A DNA stretch of 64,000 nucleotides from an uncultured Gammaproteobacteria bacterium (lineage in GTDB: Bacteria > Patescibacteriota > Microgenomatia > Levybacterales > UBA12049): contig CAYQEE010000005.1 of the NCBI GenBank assembly GCA_964416445.1, positions 52,060 through 116,059 on the forward strand, given 5' to 3'. Positions within the stretch are counted from its first letter, which is position 1, and each line of letters begins with the position of its first letter. Positions 18,300 through 28,413 of the stretch are shown in pieces. The notes under the pieces were generated by a model. It did not search any database. It was not told the DNA's origin and saw only the letters and a program-made list of their open reading frames with translations. The position numbers and the translations under genes were made by a program.

Positions 18300-19532
18300 A
18301 TGGGGAAACATGCGACAGAATATATCTTTATTGTCCTTTGTCTAGTGTATGGTATTTTCTCTATTGTTGTAACACAACATATTTTAGAAACGAGCTCAAC
18401 TCCTTATTACAATTTTCTCATTGATGCTTTTTTTCATAGGCGAGTTAATGTTATTCTCCCTATCCATTATGATTTGTCTTCATATCATGGGAAATGGTAT
18501 TTGAATTGGGCTCCTGCACCTATATTATTTATCCTTCCTTTTTACTTTATTAGTGGAAAGTATACAAGTGATATTGTTTATACGCTTATCGCTGGAATGC
18601 TAAATTTTTTTTTATTTTACCTCTTCCTTACACAATGCGTAAGATATTTCTCTTTAAAGATATCAACCTTTTCAAAATTATTTATTCTTATCGGGTTTGC
18701 AATTTGTTCACCTAATTTTTATTTATCACTTTCAGGACAAATATGGTCAACGGAGCAAATTATCGGTGTTATGTATTTGTTACTTGCTTATACACTTTTT
18801 TTCTATTTTTTACAGATAAAGAGCGTTTTTGCCTATCTACTGGCGATTATATTTTTCTCTTTTGCATGGTTATCTCGGTATACCATTTTTTTAAGTTTTT
18901 TTGTCTTTCTTTATCCTTTTTTCCTCTATAAAAACTATACAAAGCGACAATTATTCGTATTAGGAGGTATATTGGGAGGAGTAACAATACTGAGCGTTCT
19001 TTTTTTATTTGATTATAATTATATAAAGTTTGGGAATATCTTTGAAACAGGATTGCGTTATCATATTGCTGCTAAGCGATATGATTCTGTCGTAAAAAGT
19101 GGAAAATTCTTTTCAATCAATTATTTGCCCGGAAATTTCTTTACCTATTTTTTAGATTTTGTTACTTTATCACCGAGATTACCATTTTTGCGTATACATT
19201 CAGAAGGGAATAGCATCATGTCACTTTATCCTTCCTGGGTATTTCTTCTTTATCTTGGGAAAACAGCGAGGAATCTCTCGAACAAAATTATAATATTTTT
19301 GATGCTTGCCAGTTTACCTATTGTATTGACGTTAGGGGTATTACTTTGTTATTTTGCATCAGGATGGCAGCAATTTGGAGTGCGGTATGTGCTTGACATC
19401 GCTCCGCTTGCATATCTCTTACTGTTATTTGTTATCGAGCGCATTCCAAGGAGATTACTTATGTATATACTTATCTATGAACTTATTATTAATTTTTATG
19501 GAATTATTGTTTATTTTTACTTCCATACGTAA
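18300..19532 (+). CDS. Polytopic membrane protein, probable GT-C glycosyltransferase
   Basis: About 11 TM helices; 'YDLSSYHGKWYL', 'YNYIKFGNIFETG', 'GWQQFGVRYVLD'. Confidence 0.55.
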   Translation: MGKHATEYIFIVLCLVYGIFSIVVTQHILETSSTPYYNFLIDAFFHRRVNVILPIHYDLSSYHGKWYLNWAPAPILFILPFYFISGKYTSDIVYTLIAGMLNFFLFYLFLTQCVRYFSLKISTFSKLFILIGFAICSPNFYLSLSGQIWSTEQIIGVMYLLLAYTLFFYFLQIKSVFAYLLAIIFFSFAWLSRYTIFLSFFVFLYPFFLYKNYTKRQLFVLGGILGGVTILSVLFLFDYNYIKFGNIFETGLRYHIAAKRYDSVVKSGKFFSINYLPGNFFTYFLDFVTLSPRLPFLRIHSEGNSIMSLYPSWVFLLYLGKTARNLSNKIIIFLMLASLPIVLTLGVLLCYFASGWQQFGVRYVLDIAPLAYLLLLFVIERIPRRLLMYILIYELIINFYGIIVYFYFHT

Positions 19533-19538
19533 CGATTT

Positions 19539-21035
19539 ATGAAAGAAAAAGTAGTGCGGATAAGTATTCTTCTTCTTTTTTTTCTTTTGTTTGTATACAG
19601 AGGATTAGTTTTACTCGATCCTGATTTTGGTTGGCATATCCAAATGGGTAGAATAATTCTGTCAACCGGTATTCCAAAAACCGATCCGTTTTCCTACTCA
19701 ATGCCCAGTTATCCCTTTGTTGATCATGAATGGTTGACCAATGTTTTTATGGCAATTGGATATGAAAAAATAAGTATGATTGGTCTCGCAATAATCTTTT
19801 CCTTACTTACAATTATTGCCGTAGCGACTATTACTCGGTGGTTATCTACGCCAGAAACAAAACTATTTTTTGTCTTAAGTATCACGTTACTTTTTCCGTT
19901 TGCAGGTGTACGAACACAAGTTATTACATGGTTTTTCTTTTCTCTTTTTTTAACTATCAGTTTTCAACAGCGTTGGAAGAAATATAAATATATTCTTCCA
20001 TTCCTTATGCTTCTTTGGGTGAATATGCATGGAGGATTTGCGATTGGGATTGTTTCTCTCTTTATTATTTTGATTGCCAGGAGTGTTACGGAACGCAAGG
20101 TACAAATTGCTGATGTTATGATCTTTCTTCTCTGTTGTCTTGCAACATTTTTGAATCCCTATGGCCATCGAATCTGGTGGGAGGTATGGATGCAAATGTC
20201 AGATTCCTCACTTCACTGGACAATAAGTGAATGGTTGCCCGTTTTCGTAACACCAATAGATATTGGACTCCTTTTCTTTTTTGCTTTTTCACTTGCTCAA
20301 ATGGTTATTACGGGGAAAAAATACACAATGGATGAGTTACTTCTCTATGGAGGTTTACTTATTGCCGGGTTGTCCAGTATTCGGCAAATTCCCCTTTGGA
20401 TACTTGTTGCTAATATCTTGTTACTGAAAAGTTATTCTGTACTACAACAGGAAGCAAGTCGTTATCGTTACGGAGCACAACGATTCCAGCAATTATCACG
20501 TATTCTTGGCATCATGATACTTTCTGTAACTATTTTGCAAGTTGTGTTTTCTCTTATTAATATTCAGGGTGCGCTTCAGGATACTATCTACCCGAAGAAA
20601 GCAGTGAAGCTATTACAAACAAAACTTCCGCATGGGAATATATTTTCTATATATAATTGGGGAGGCTATCTTATTTGGCAATTACCTCAGAAGAAAGACT
20701 ATATTGATGGAAGAATGCCTAGTTGGCGGTGGAATGCATCATTACCGCATGAGACAAATTATGCATTTCAAGAGTATCAAAGAATAGGAGATGGAAAAAT
20801 TCCTATACAAGCATTAGTGGCAAAATATGGAATTACGACATTTCTTTTACCTACCGAGAAGAAAACACAGAAAAGAATAAGTTATTTTGCTTCGATAGTC
20901 AATAATTTGGATCAACTTTTTTCAGCAAATAAACAGAAGCATGCATACAATTTACAAAAAACACTTCTTATGGATGGGTTTACAAAGATTTATACTGACT
21001 CAGTTGCGACCATTTATTCGACAGAAAGACAATAA
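19539..21035 (+). CDS. Polytopic membrane protein, probable GT-C glycosyltransferase
   Basis: 'DPDFGWH..MG', 'DPFSY', 'HEWL', 'LWVNMHGGF', 'LNPYG', 'YNWGGYL', 'IDGR'. Confidence 0.6.
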   Translation: MKEKVVRISILLLFFLLFVYRGLVLLDPDFGWHIQMGRIILSTGIPKTDPFSYSMPSYPFVDHEWLTNVFMAIGYEKISMIGLAIIFSLLTIIAVATITRWLSTPETKLFFVLSITLLFPFAGVRTQVITWFFFSLFLTISFQQRWKKYKYILPFLMLLWVNMHGGFAIGIVSLFIILIARSVTERKVQIADVMIFLLCCLATFLNPYGHRIWWEVWMQMSDSSLHWTISEWLPVFVTPIDIGLLFFFAFSLAQMVITGKKYTMDELLLYGGLLIAGLSSIRQIPLWILVANILLLKSYSVLQQEASRYRYGAQRFQQLSRILGIMILSVTILQVVFSLINIQGALQDTIYPKKAVKLLQTKLPHGNIFSIYNWGGYLIWQLPQKKDYIDGRMPSWRWNASLPHETNYAFQEYQRIGDGKIPIQALVAKYGITTFLLPTEKKTQKRISYFASIVNNLDQLFSANKQKHAYNLQKTLLMDGFTKIYTDSVATIYSTERQ

Positions 21036-21038
21036 TTA

Positions 21039-22868
21039 TTATTTGAGATCTATTTCCCACACTTTACTAGTACTCAGTACATAGACCTTCTTTTGTGGTT
21101 CAAAAACTTGAAAATCTTGTGCAGAATTAATAATTCCTGCTGGATATTGTGCAATGAAATTACCTTTTTTGTCCAATACGACAATTCGTTTATTACCGTT
21201 ATCAAGAATATATACATTGGGGCTATCTATTGATGTGTATATGCGTGTTGGATTTGAAAGGGGTTTATCAATGCCTTTTATGGTAAAGGTATCAGCAATT
21301 CCCCGGGTATACTTTGCGATGGAACCATCACTCGATATGATCCAAATAGATCCATCAATAGCAATACCATTTGCTTTGGATACGTCGGGAGCATTTCCAG
21401 GAAAATAATGAGATTTGCTAAATCCATTTCCTGTTGGTACATATTTAAGGATTCCACCACTTCTATCTAATACATAAAAATTGCCTAAATAGGTTGCTAA
21501 ACCTCCAACATCTTTCCAGTCGGAATTGTTCGTTATTATCGCTGTTGTCTTTGCGGTTGATTTATCAATAGACGTTATTCCTGTAGCATCTACAAGGTAG
21601 ATTGCCTTTGTGTCCTCAGTTGCATATTTTGCATTTGCATGCTGCATAAGTGCGGAAAGTACCGGGCTATTTGATGCATCAGTTTGTTTTGCGTCTTGAG
21701 GTGCAGTCTGTGCAATTTGCGATAATGCCGTATCTATTTTCTGCATGAGCGTTGTTGTTTCTAGGCTCTCTTTTGAATCAGCAGGAAATTTACCAACTGC
21801 GGGCGTAAGAAGATTTTTCGCGCTTTGGTAATCTTCCATAGCTAAATTTTGGTTGAGAGACATGAGGCTTTGTGCTTCATCATATTTTTTTTGAGCAGGT
21901 ACGACAGTCTGAGTAAAAAGTTTTTGATCTGCGACTTGTTTTTGTTTTCGTGTTGAAAAAAAGATACTCCCAATAAGTACAACAATTAGAATGACGACGA
22001 TGGTAATAAAAAGTTTTCTTGCATGTGAAAAATGGAATGATGAAAATTTTCTTTTCTTTGGTTCCTCAATCGTAGCATCTTCAATAGCAAGTTCAGCATT
22101 TTTTTCATTGGGTTTTATATCTTGATTTTCTGGGATAACTTCAGGTTCATTTTGTGAAACATGTGGGTGAGAATGTAGTTTCTCCTCTTTAGGTGGTTCT
22201 GGCATTGCAAAAGAATCTGACGCAATAGTTTTTTCTCCATGCTGCGTTGTTGCTACTGAATTGTCTTCAGAGTATGAAAATGCAATAGCAGCAGCACCAC
22301 CCATCTGGCTTTCATGAACAAGGGGAGATAATTTATCTGCCATTTCTGATATTTTATCTTTATGTAAATACGGAGAAATGGTGTCAACAGGTACTGTTTC
22401 AGTAAATTTCTGTGTTTCAAGAAGAATAACATCCCCATCTTCAATGAAACCAGAACCTGCAATTAAATTTTTTTGTTCTGTTTGTTCAAGCAAAACACCT
22501 ATCTTATCTTTGCGTTTCATAACAATTTTACCTGGTCCATACTGATAAAGATATAAAATATTTTCTATAATGACTGCTACTCCAAATGAGAGCAAAATAT
22601 CTTGGGGTACTTTCTCAATAGTCGTCGAGATAGCTTGTTTTATTGTGGTGAGATTTTTTGTTTCTAACGTAAAATATTCAGCTTCAAGCGTATTGATCAG
22701 ATCTTTTCCCAAAATGGGAAGAGATATTTCTGTTATTTCTTGTGTTCCGTTTTGAGAAGATTGAGTCAGAGAAATAATAGCAATTAAATTTCCTGCAGTA
22801 TAGCCTTGTGTCCATGCATGGAGAGTTGGAGTAGAAATAATTTTTGCAAATCGTAAAGGTGTTTTCAT
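21039..22868 (-). CDS. Membrane-anchored protein: degenerate PP2C-like N-domain, TM helix, helical region, C-terminal NHL-like beta-propeller
   Basis: 'GFIEDGDVILLET' PP2C-like strands; single central TM; propeller motifs 'YVLD', 'IAIDGSIW', 'YILDNGNKRIVV'. Confidence 0.6.
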   Translation of the reverse strand: MKTPLRFAKIISTPTLHAWTQGYTAGNLIAIISLTQSSQNGTQEITEISLPILGKDLINTLEAEYFTLETKNLTTIKQAISTTIEKVPQDILLSFGVAVIIENILYLYQYGPGKIVMKRKDKIGVLLEQTEQKNLIAGSGFIEDGDVILLETQKFTETVPVDTISPYLHKDKISEMADKLSPLVHESQMGGAAAIAFSYSEDNSVATTQHGEKTIASDSFAMPEPPKEEKLHSHPHVSQNEPEVIPENQDIKPNEKNAELAIEDATIEEPKKRKFSSFHFSHARKLFITIVVILIVVLIGSIFFSTRKQKQVADQKLFTQTVVPAQKKYDEAQSLMSLNQNLAMEDYQSAKNLLTPAVGKFPADSKESLETTTLMQKIDTALSQIAQTAPQDAKQTDASNSPVLSALMQHANAKYATEDTKAIYLVDATGITSIDKSTAKTTAIITNNSDWKDVGGLATYLGNFYVLDRSGGILKYVPTGNGFSKSHYFPGNAPDVSKANGIAIDGSIWIISSDGSIAKYTRGIADTFTIKGIDKPLSNPTRIYTSIDSPNVYILDNGNKRIVVLDKKGNFIAQYPAGIINSAQDFQVFEPQKKVYVLSTSKVWEIDLK

Positions 22869-23122
22869 ATGTTTGATGTATAGACAAAAATAAAAAGGCC
22901 AATTCCAGCGGTAATAAAGAGAATTGAAATCATTCCGAGTATAGCCGAAGAGGAAGGTTGGGAAACAACTTTATCCATCGAACGTATTTGATTAAGCACC
23001 ACAAAGTGGAAGATAATAAATCCGATTATCAATAATAAGATAACCCATTTATAAAAAAAGGATGGTTGTAAGTTTTGTATAAAACTAATGACATCTTGTG
23101 GTGTGAAGTGTATTTGTGGCAT
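22865..23122 (-). CDS. Small 2-TM membrane protein (DUF5657-like)
   Basis: Two hydrophobic helices flanking 'NQIRSMDKVV'; ATGA-coupled to the downstream gene. Confidence 0.65.
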   Translation of the reverse strand: MPQIHFTPQDVISFIQNLQPSFFYKWVILLLIIGFIIFHFVVLNQIRSMDKVVSQPSSSAILGMISILFITAGIGLFIFVYTSNI

Positions 23123-23126
23123 ATTG

Positions 23127-23978
23127 TTATTCTTGTATATCGTTACTCTCTTTCTTTTTACCAATCAAGCTCTCAACTATTTGAACAACCAACTCTGGAT
23201 TTGGAACGGCGTCAGCAACAAAATTTAATTCTGTACCAGCTGTTTGGATGATAACGTCTCCATAATTAAATATCGTCGGAATCGTACCTGTTTGTTTAAA
23301 GTCAACATCCTGAACTTTTGATACTTCTGTTGCTGATACCTTTTTACTAACTAGATCTTGTAAATAGATATCGAGCACATGCTTGGTCGTTATAATACTT
23401 ATATTATAATACCAATCGATGAAGTTCACAAAAGCATTTGTTAATACTAACAAATAATAGAGGATAAACACAATTTGCATGAGTCTTGTCGGTAAAAATC
23501 CAATGGAATAATTGATGGTGTTCAGGAGAATAAAGGTAAGAGGAGGCAAAATTAATAAGACTATGGTAAAGAAAATCCATGGAGAATTGGTAATAAAATG
23601 ACGCCTAAGAAATAATAAGATATGTTCATCTGGTTCTTGTGTATCGAAATAAACGCTTTTAGGATTTTCCCAAAAAGAGCTAAATAAGGGGAGTATGCCG
23701 TTCCTTCGCTCCGTTTCGTCATCTGCGATTAATGATTTTTCTTGTAATGGATTTGTGGTCTCGCTTGAATCATACGGTGGCTCTCTTGGTGGTTGAGATG
23801 ATGGAGGTGTAATTGACTGTATAGAAGGTGGTGTGGAAGAGGGTGTTTCGTTAGGTTGGGAGTTTTGCAAGGACTGAGTTACTTCTGGTTGTTGAGGTGA
23901 GGAAGGAACAACAGTATTATTAGCAGGAATTCTGCTTCGTACTGGTTTTTCATCAGGTGCGATAAAAAGATCTGGCAT
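23127..23978 (-). CDS. Bacterial PH-domain membrane protein with a Pro/Ser-rich N-terminus
   Basis: 'LRRH', two TM helices, 'WY....IIT', 'KVQDV', 'FNYGDVIIQTAG', 'VPNP'. Confidence 0.8.
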   Translation of the reverse strand: MPDLFIAPDEKPVRSRIPANNTVVPSSPQQPEVTQSLQNSQPNETPSSTPPSIQSITPPSSQPPREPPYDSSETTNPLQEKSLIADDETERRNGILPLFSSFWENPKSVYFDTQEPDEHILLFLRRHFITNSPWIFFTIVLLILPPLTFILLNTINYSIGFLPTRLMQIVFILYYLLVLTNAFVNFIDWYYNISIITTKHVLDIYLQDLVSKKVSATEVSKVQDVDFKQTGTIPTIFNYGDVIIQTAGTELNFVADAVPNPELVVQIVESLIGKKKESNDIQE

Positions 23979-23992
23979 ACGTATTCAGCTTC

Positions 23993-25750
23993 TTATTGCT
24001 GAACTATATTATACAACGGACCGACAATTTGTATATTAGCAGGTGCTCGTAAGTCAAAAAAGCTTTTAAAACTGCTTCCATCGATACTTTGTGAACCCCC
24101 ATCACCGTTAATACTTACGGAAGTAACTTTACCCGATCCTTGATCCCAGTTGACGGACATGCTGCTGACTGAGTTGTAGGCTGAGATATTTCTATTCTGT
24201 AGTTCCTGTCTCACTCTGCTTGCATCCCAGGTATCAACTCCATCGGGATTTGGTTTGTCAGGTTGAGATAAATGAGAAATTGTACTTGAATCAGCTTTTG
24301 CAAGGAGTATAACGTTAACGATATCAGCAACTTCAGAAGATTGCAGCCAAGCAGTACCATTATATTGACTTCGAGATCCCCAGTCACATTCAAACCACGG
24401 CGAATCTTTGTCATAGGCGTAGTTTGCCAAGTCAGAAAAGCTAGAAACACTTTGCGAAGTATCTTGCATACCTTTCGTGTAAGGAGTGCTATCCCACCCA
24501 ATATCGCCTGAACTAAATTCATATCCGCCGAAAGTCGAAGAAAACCATGCTTTAATTGGTTGTCCATTATTTGTCATAACAATTCCTTTCGTCGCGTTTA
24601 CTGCGTCAATCCAGGCTTGGCTATTTAATTCAGTTTTTACTTCCTGACAATGTTGGTCTGAGCAAATAGCATTCGCACCATTGTTTGTTGTAGCCATTGC
24701 ATATGATCGGGCTGCGATCGCTTGTGACTTCAGTGCTTCTGCAGGCCAATTTGTTGGCATTTCATAAATATGCTGTACATACGTTTCAAGATCCCAGTTT
24801 GTATTAAATGATTCTCCATAATCATTCGTGCCGGTAACATGGATTGTTGGGTTACCCATGGAAGTTAACTGAATGTTTTGGTAATAGGCGTTGAGAATTT
24901 GTGTATAACTTTGTCCAGCGCTTGCTCTACCTTTCGCTCCATATTGATTCATCCCAACTCTGTTAGGAACTCCGAAGGTAAAGAAACCAAACCGAGGACT
25001 AAAGCCGGGATTTTTCCCATTCGTAAGGTCGCTCGAACAGCCTCCACCAATACCTCCATATGCTGTCTGAGGAATTCCTAAACTAGCATACTTTTGTGCT
25101 AACAATTGCTGTTGTTGCGAAGTTAACGAAGCTATTTGTGAGCTCAGACTTGCTTGATAGGCTTTGGCGCCAGCTATAACTTTGTTCAGTTTTGTTGTTT
25201 GATCGTCTAGGTTTGATTGGACTGTTGCAAGTCTGTTCTTTTCGGATTCTAATGCCTGCTTTTTATTTTCTAGATCAATAACTGATAACGCTATGTTTGT
25301 AATAATTGCTTTATCTTGATCTTCTGATGCTTTTTGATATGCTAATACATTTGTTAAATCTTGCGCAGAGGAAGCTGAGAGAAGTTCGAAAATAGGACTT
25401 GAGGATGAACTTTTAATATAATAATCTCGAATTTTTGCATGAATAATTGTCTCTTTCTGTGCAATATTTTGGTAACTGTCATTAATATTTTTTGTTTTTA
25501 GTTCAATATCTTGTTTGATACCGACAATCTCATTCTTAATCTGTGCAATTTGCTGTTGCATGCTGGTTACTTCAGATTCAAGTGGCGTTGTTGCTTTAAT
25601 GGACATGTTTAAAGCAGTATTTAATGTATTAATTTGATTAGTAATATCATCGAGTTGATCGGAATATGATTTAACGGGATGAACGAGTAAATTAAGAGCA
25701 ATAAGAATAATGACAATAAAAAGAATACTCAGGAGTTTTTGCATAGTCAT
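23993..25750 (-). CDS. Secreted coiled-coil + SpoIID/LytB-domain peptidoglycan lytic transglycosylase
   Basis: Signal peptide; long coiled coil; 'VGMNQYGA', 'EMPTNWPAEALKSQAIAARSYA', 'ICSDQHCQ', 'AVNATKG'. Confidence 0.85.
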   Translation of the reverse strand: MTMQKLLSILFIVIILIALNLLVHPVKSYSDQLDDITNQINTLNTALNMSIKATTPLESEVTSMQQQIAQIKNEIVGIKQDIELKTKNINDSYQNIAQKETIIHAKIRDYYIKSSSSSPIFELLSASSAQDLTNVLAYQKASEDQDKAIITNIALSVIDLENKKQALESEKNRLATVQSNLDDQTTKLNKVIAGAKAYQASLSSQIASLTSQQQQLLAQKYASLGIPQTAYGGIGGGCSSDLTNGKNPGFSPRFGFFTFGVPNRVGMNQYGAKGRASAGQSYTQILNAYYQNIQLTSMGNPTIHVTGTNDYGESFNTNWDLETYVQHIYEMPTNWPAEALKSQAIAARSYAMATTNNGANAICSDQHCQEVKTELNSQAWIDAVNATKGIVMTNNGQPIKAWFSSTFGGYEFSSGDIGWDSTPYTKGMQDTSQSVSSFSDLANYAYDKDSPWFECDWGSRSQYNGTAWLQSSEVADIVNVILLAKADSSTISHLSQPDKPNPDGVDTWDASRVRQELQNRNISAYNSVSSMSVNWDQGSGKVTSVSINGDGGSQSIDGSSFKSFFDLRAPANIQIVGPLYNIVQQ

Positions 25751-25834
25751 TTGATTATAACAAAGTTTTCTGAGAATGATGGAAGCCAAAGAATTGCAGT
25801 TGCTAATGGTGTCATTTTTGTTTATAGTAAAGGA

Positions 25835-26176
25835 ATGATAGAAACCGCCTTAGCAATTCTTGTTATTCTCTTTGTATTAGGATATGTTAGTATTCCAGGT
25901 GTTACCATTCCAAATTATCATATTTATACCTTCAATAATCACCAAATTACGTTCTATGAAATTCTTATTTTCTTTGTTATTTTTTGGCTTTTGAAACTAT
26001 TACCACGATATTTACGAATTGTTGCAGGAGCACTGTTAATTATTTGGATTATTTCGACTTTAGGATTTATTGCAATTAAAGGATTACCTCTTATTATCAT
26101 TGCTGCATTAATTTTGGTAACGTTATCACATCGGTCATTTCATTATTATCATCGATATCGAAGAAGATATTATTAA
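25835..26176 (+). CDS. Small membrane protein
   Basis: Four hydrophobic segments; TATAGT ends 6 nt before the ATG. Confidence 0.65.
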   Translation: MIETALAILVILFVLGYVSIPGVTIPNYHIYTFNNHQITFYEILIFFVIFWLLKLLPRYLRIVAGALLIIWIISTLGFIAIKGLPLIIIAALILVTLSHRSFHYYHRYRRRYY

Positions 26177-26228
26177 ATTCTTCATTTTCAGCCTTGATCA
26201 AACTGCTTTGATTGTGTAGGATAGAAAC

Positions 26229-27230
26229 ATGTTAATCGATGTTCTTGTAGTAGGAGATGCATTAATTGATTTTTTCTTAACATTAGATCCTACCAATGAA
26301 CATTGTCGACCTGAACCCGCACAATCAGAAATTTGCTTTGTAAGTGGTGCCAAAATTCCAATTGAAGATTGTGAATTTTTACTAGGAGGCAATGCGTGTA
26401 ATGTTTCTGTAGGATTGGCTCGATTAGGACTGCGCAGCGCGCTTGCAGCTGAAATTGGAGTTGATGAATTTGGGCAAAAGATCATTGCGGGGTTAAAACA
26501 AGAAAATGTCGATTTGTCATTTCTTCTTCGTGCGTTAAATCAACAAACATCTTTTGCTATCGATTTAACATTTATGAATGATCGAACAATATTTTCAAGA
26601 CACGTTAAACGTGATCATGTTATTCCTATTGAAAATGCCAATGCAAAATATATTTATCTCACCTCGTTAGGAGATGAATGGAAAAATTTGTATCGTCGAG
26701 TTCGAGATTATAGTAAGGCGAATAATATCAAACTTGCATTCAATCCGGGGAGTAAGCAACTGCAAGCCGGGCTAGAAAGCTTTCAATATATTTTGGAAAA
26801 TACGGAAATCCTCTTTATTAATAAAGAAGAAGCAGAAGATATTGTGTATGGTCATGATCAAAATATTTCTGATGCAATGCGGGAACCAACAAATTTGTTG
26901 AGAGAAGTGAAAAAAAAAGGACCGCATTTTGTCAGTATGACTGATGGAACCTTTGGTGCATATGCTATCGATGATCAAGGAAATACTTATTTTCAACCAA
27001 CTCTTCCATCACATTTTCTACAAAAAACAGGTGTTGGTGATGCTTATGCAAGTGGTTTTCTTGCAGCAAGAGTTGAAGAAAAGAGTATACAAGAAGCCAT
27101 GCTTTGGGGAGCGCTTAATAGTTCCTCTGTTGTTGAACACAAAGGTGCCCAGGGTGGGTTATTGACAAAAAATGGGTTACTCGAGAGAATGGAACAGAAC
27201 AAATCCGAGAGTAGAGATCAACGAATATGA
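26229..27230 (+). CDS. PfkB-family carbohydrate kinase
   Basis: 'GGNACNVSVGLARLG', 'FNPG', 'INKEEA', 'TGVGDAYASGF'. Confidence 0.9.
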   Translation: MLIDVLVVGDALIDFFLTLDPTNEHCRPEPAQSEICFVSGAKIPIEDCEFLLGGNACNVSVGLARLGLRSALAAEIGVDEFGQKIIAGLKQENVDLSFLLRALNQQTSFAIDLTFMNDRTIFSRHVKRDHVIPIENANAKYIYLTSLGDEWKNLYRRVRDYSKANNIKLAFNPGSKQLQAGLESFQYILENTEILFINKEEAEDIVYGHDQNISDAMREPTNLLREVKKKGPHFVSMTDGTFGAYAIDDQGNTYFQPTLPSHFLQKTGVGDAYASGFLAARVEEKSIQEAMLWGALNSSSVVEHKGAQGGLLTKNGLLERMEQNKSESRDQRI

Positions 27231-27730
27231 AAATATATTTAGCAACCGATCATGCAGGGTACGAATTAAAAGAAAAGATAAAAAAACATTTACAGAAAAA
27301 GAACTATTCAGTTGAAGATTGCGGAGCTCATACTTTGAATAATGACGATGATTATCCTGATTTTATTTCTAAAGCAGCAAAAGCAGTCTCTCAAAATCCT
27401 CAAGATCGAGCAATTATTCTCGGTGGATCAGGACAAGGAGAAGCGATTCTTGCCAATAAGTATCCACAAGTGCGCGCCGTTGTCTTTTATGGTCCGTGTC
27501 TTCCAAAATCAGCAGTAGATAATCAAGGAAGAAAGAGTGATGATCCTTATGAAATGATCCGATTAACGCGTGAGCATAATGACGCAAATGTTCTCTCTTT
27601 AGCAGCACGATTATTAACAGAAAAAGAAGCACTAGAAGCAATCGATTTATGGCTTTCTATTTCATTTTCTGGTAATTCTCGGTATTTACGCCGAATTAAT
27701 AAGACCTTAGCAATTGAGAAAGCATTATGA
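27227..27730 (+). CDS. rpiB: Ribose-5-phosphate isomerase B
   Basis: 'DHAG', 'DDYPDF', 'GGSGQGEAILANK', 'REHNDAN'. Confidence 0.92.
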   Translation: MKIYLATDHAGYELKEKIKKHLQKKNYSVEDCGAHTLNNDDDYPDFISKAAKAVSQNPQDRAIILGGSGQGEAILANKYPQVRAVVFYGPCLPKSAVDNQGRKSDDPYEMIRLTREHNDANVLSLAARLLTEKEALEAIDLWLSISFSGNSRYLRRINKTLAIEKAL

Positions 27731-28413
27731 ATTCATTATTTCCTAATAAATTAGCACATGAAATTATTCCTGGGATTTTAGAAAAGGATTGGGATGCGAT
27801 TGAAAAAAAAATAGAGATAGTAAAACCATTTGCCAAAAAAATTCATATTGATCTTCTTGATGGTAAATTTGCGCCAAATGAGACATTCTTTGATCCTCAA
27901 CCGTTTAAAAAATATTCAAATGACATTTTTTTTGAATTACATATGATGGTTGATAATCCTATTCAATATTTACAACAATGGGCTGATGCAGGGATAAAAC
28001 GATTTATTGGACAAATTGAACGAATGCCGAGTATGGAGGAGTTTATTGCGGAAGGTCAATTGCTTGGGGAAGTAGGACTTGCGCTGGATACCCCTACCTC
28101 ACCAGATGCGATTACGGTAAATATTGATGATTTAGATTTTGTCTTTGTTATGACCGTTAAAGCCGGCTTTTCCAGGCAATCTTTTATGCCAGAAATGCTT
28201 GAAAAAGTAAAGTTGTTACGAAATCGTTCTCAATTTATTCCTCTTGAAGTTGATGGAGGGATTAATGATCAAACATTACCGCAAGCAATGGACGCTGGCG
28301 CTACACGGTTTGTCAGTACCGGCTTTATTTTTGGATCTGAACATCCTCATCTACAATATGAAACCTTGAAGGGACTTATTCATTCAGGTGCTAGTGCGTC
28401 CCTGTCAACGTAG
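27727..28413 (+). CDS. rpe: Ribulose-phosphate 3-epimerase
   Basis: 'HIDLLDGKF', 'ELHMMV', 'MTVKAGF..Q', 'EVDGGI'. Confidence 0.88.
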   Translation: MNSLFPNKLAHEIIPGILEKDWDAIEKKIEIVKPFAKKIHIDLLDGKFAPNETFFDPQPFKKYSNDIFFELHMMVDNPIQYLQQWADAGIKRFIGQIERMPSMEEFIAEGQLLGEVGLALDTPTSPDAITVNIDDLDFVFVMTVKAGFSRQSFMPEMLEKVKLLRNRSQFIPLEVDGGINDQTLPQAMDAGATRFVSTGFIFGSEHPHLQYETLKGLIHSGASASLST

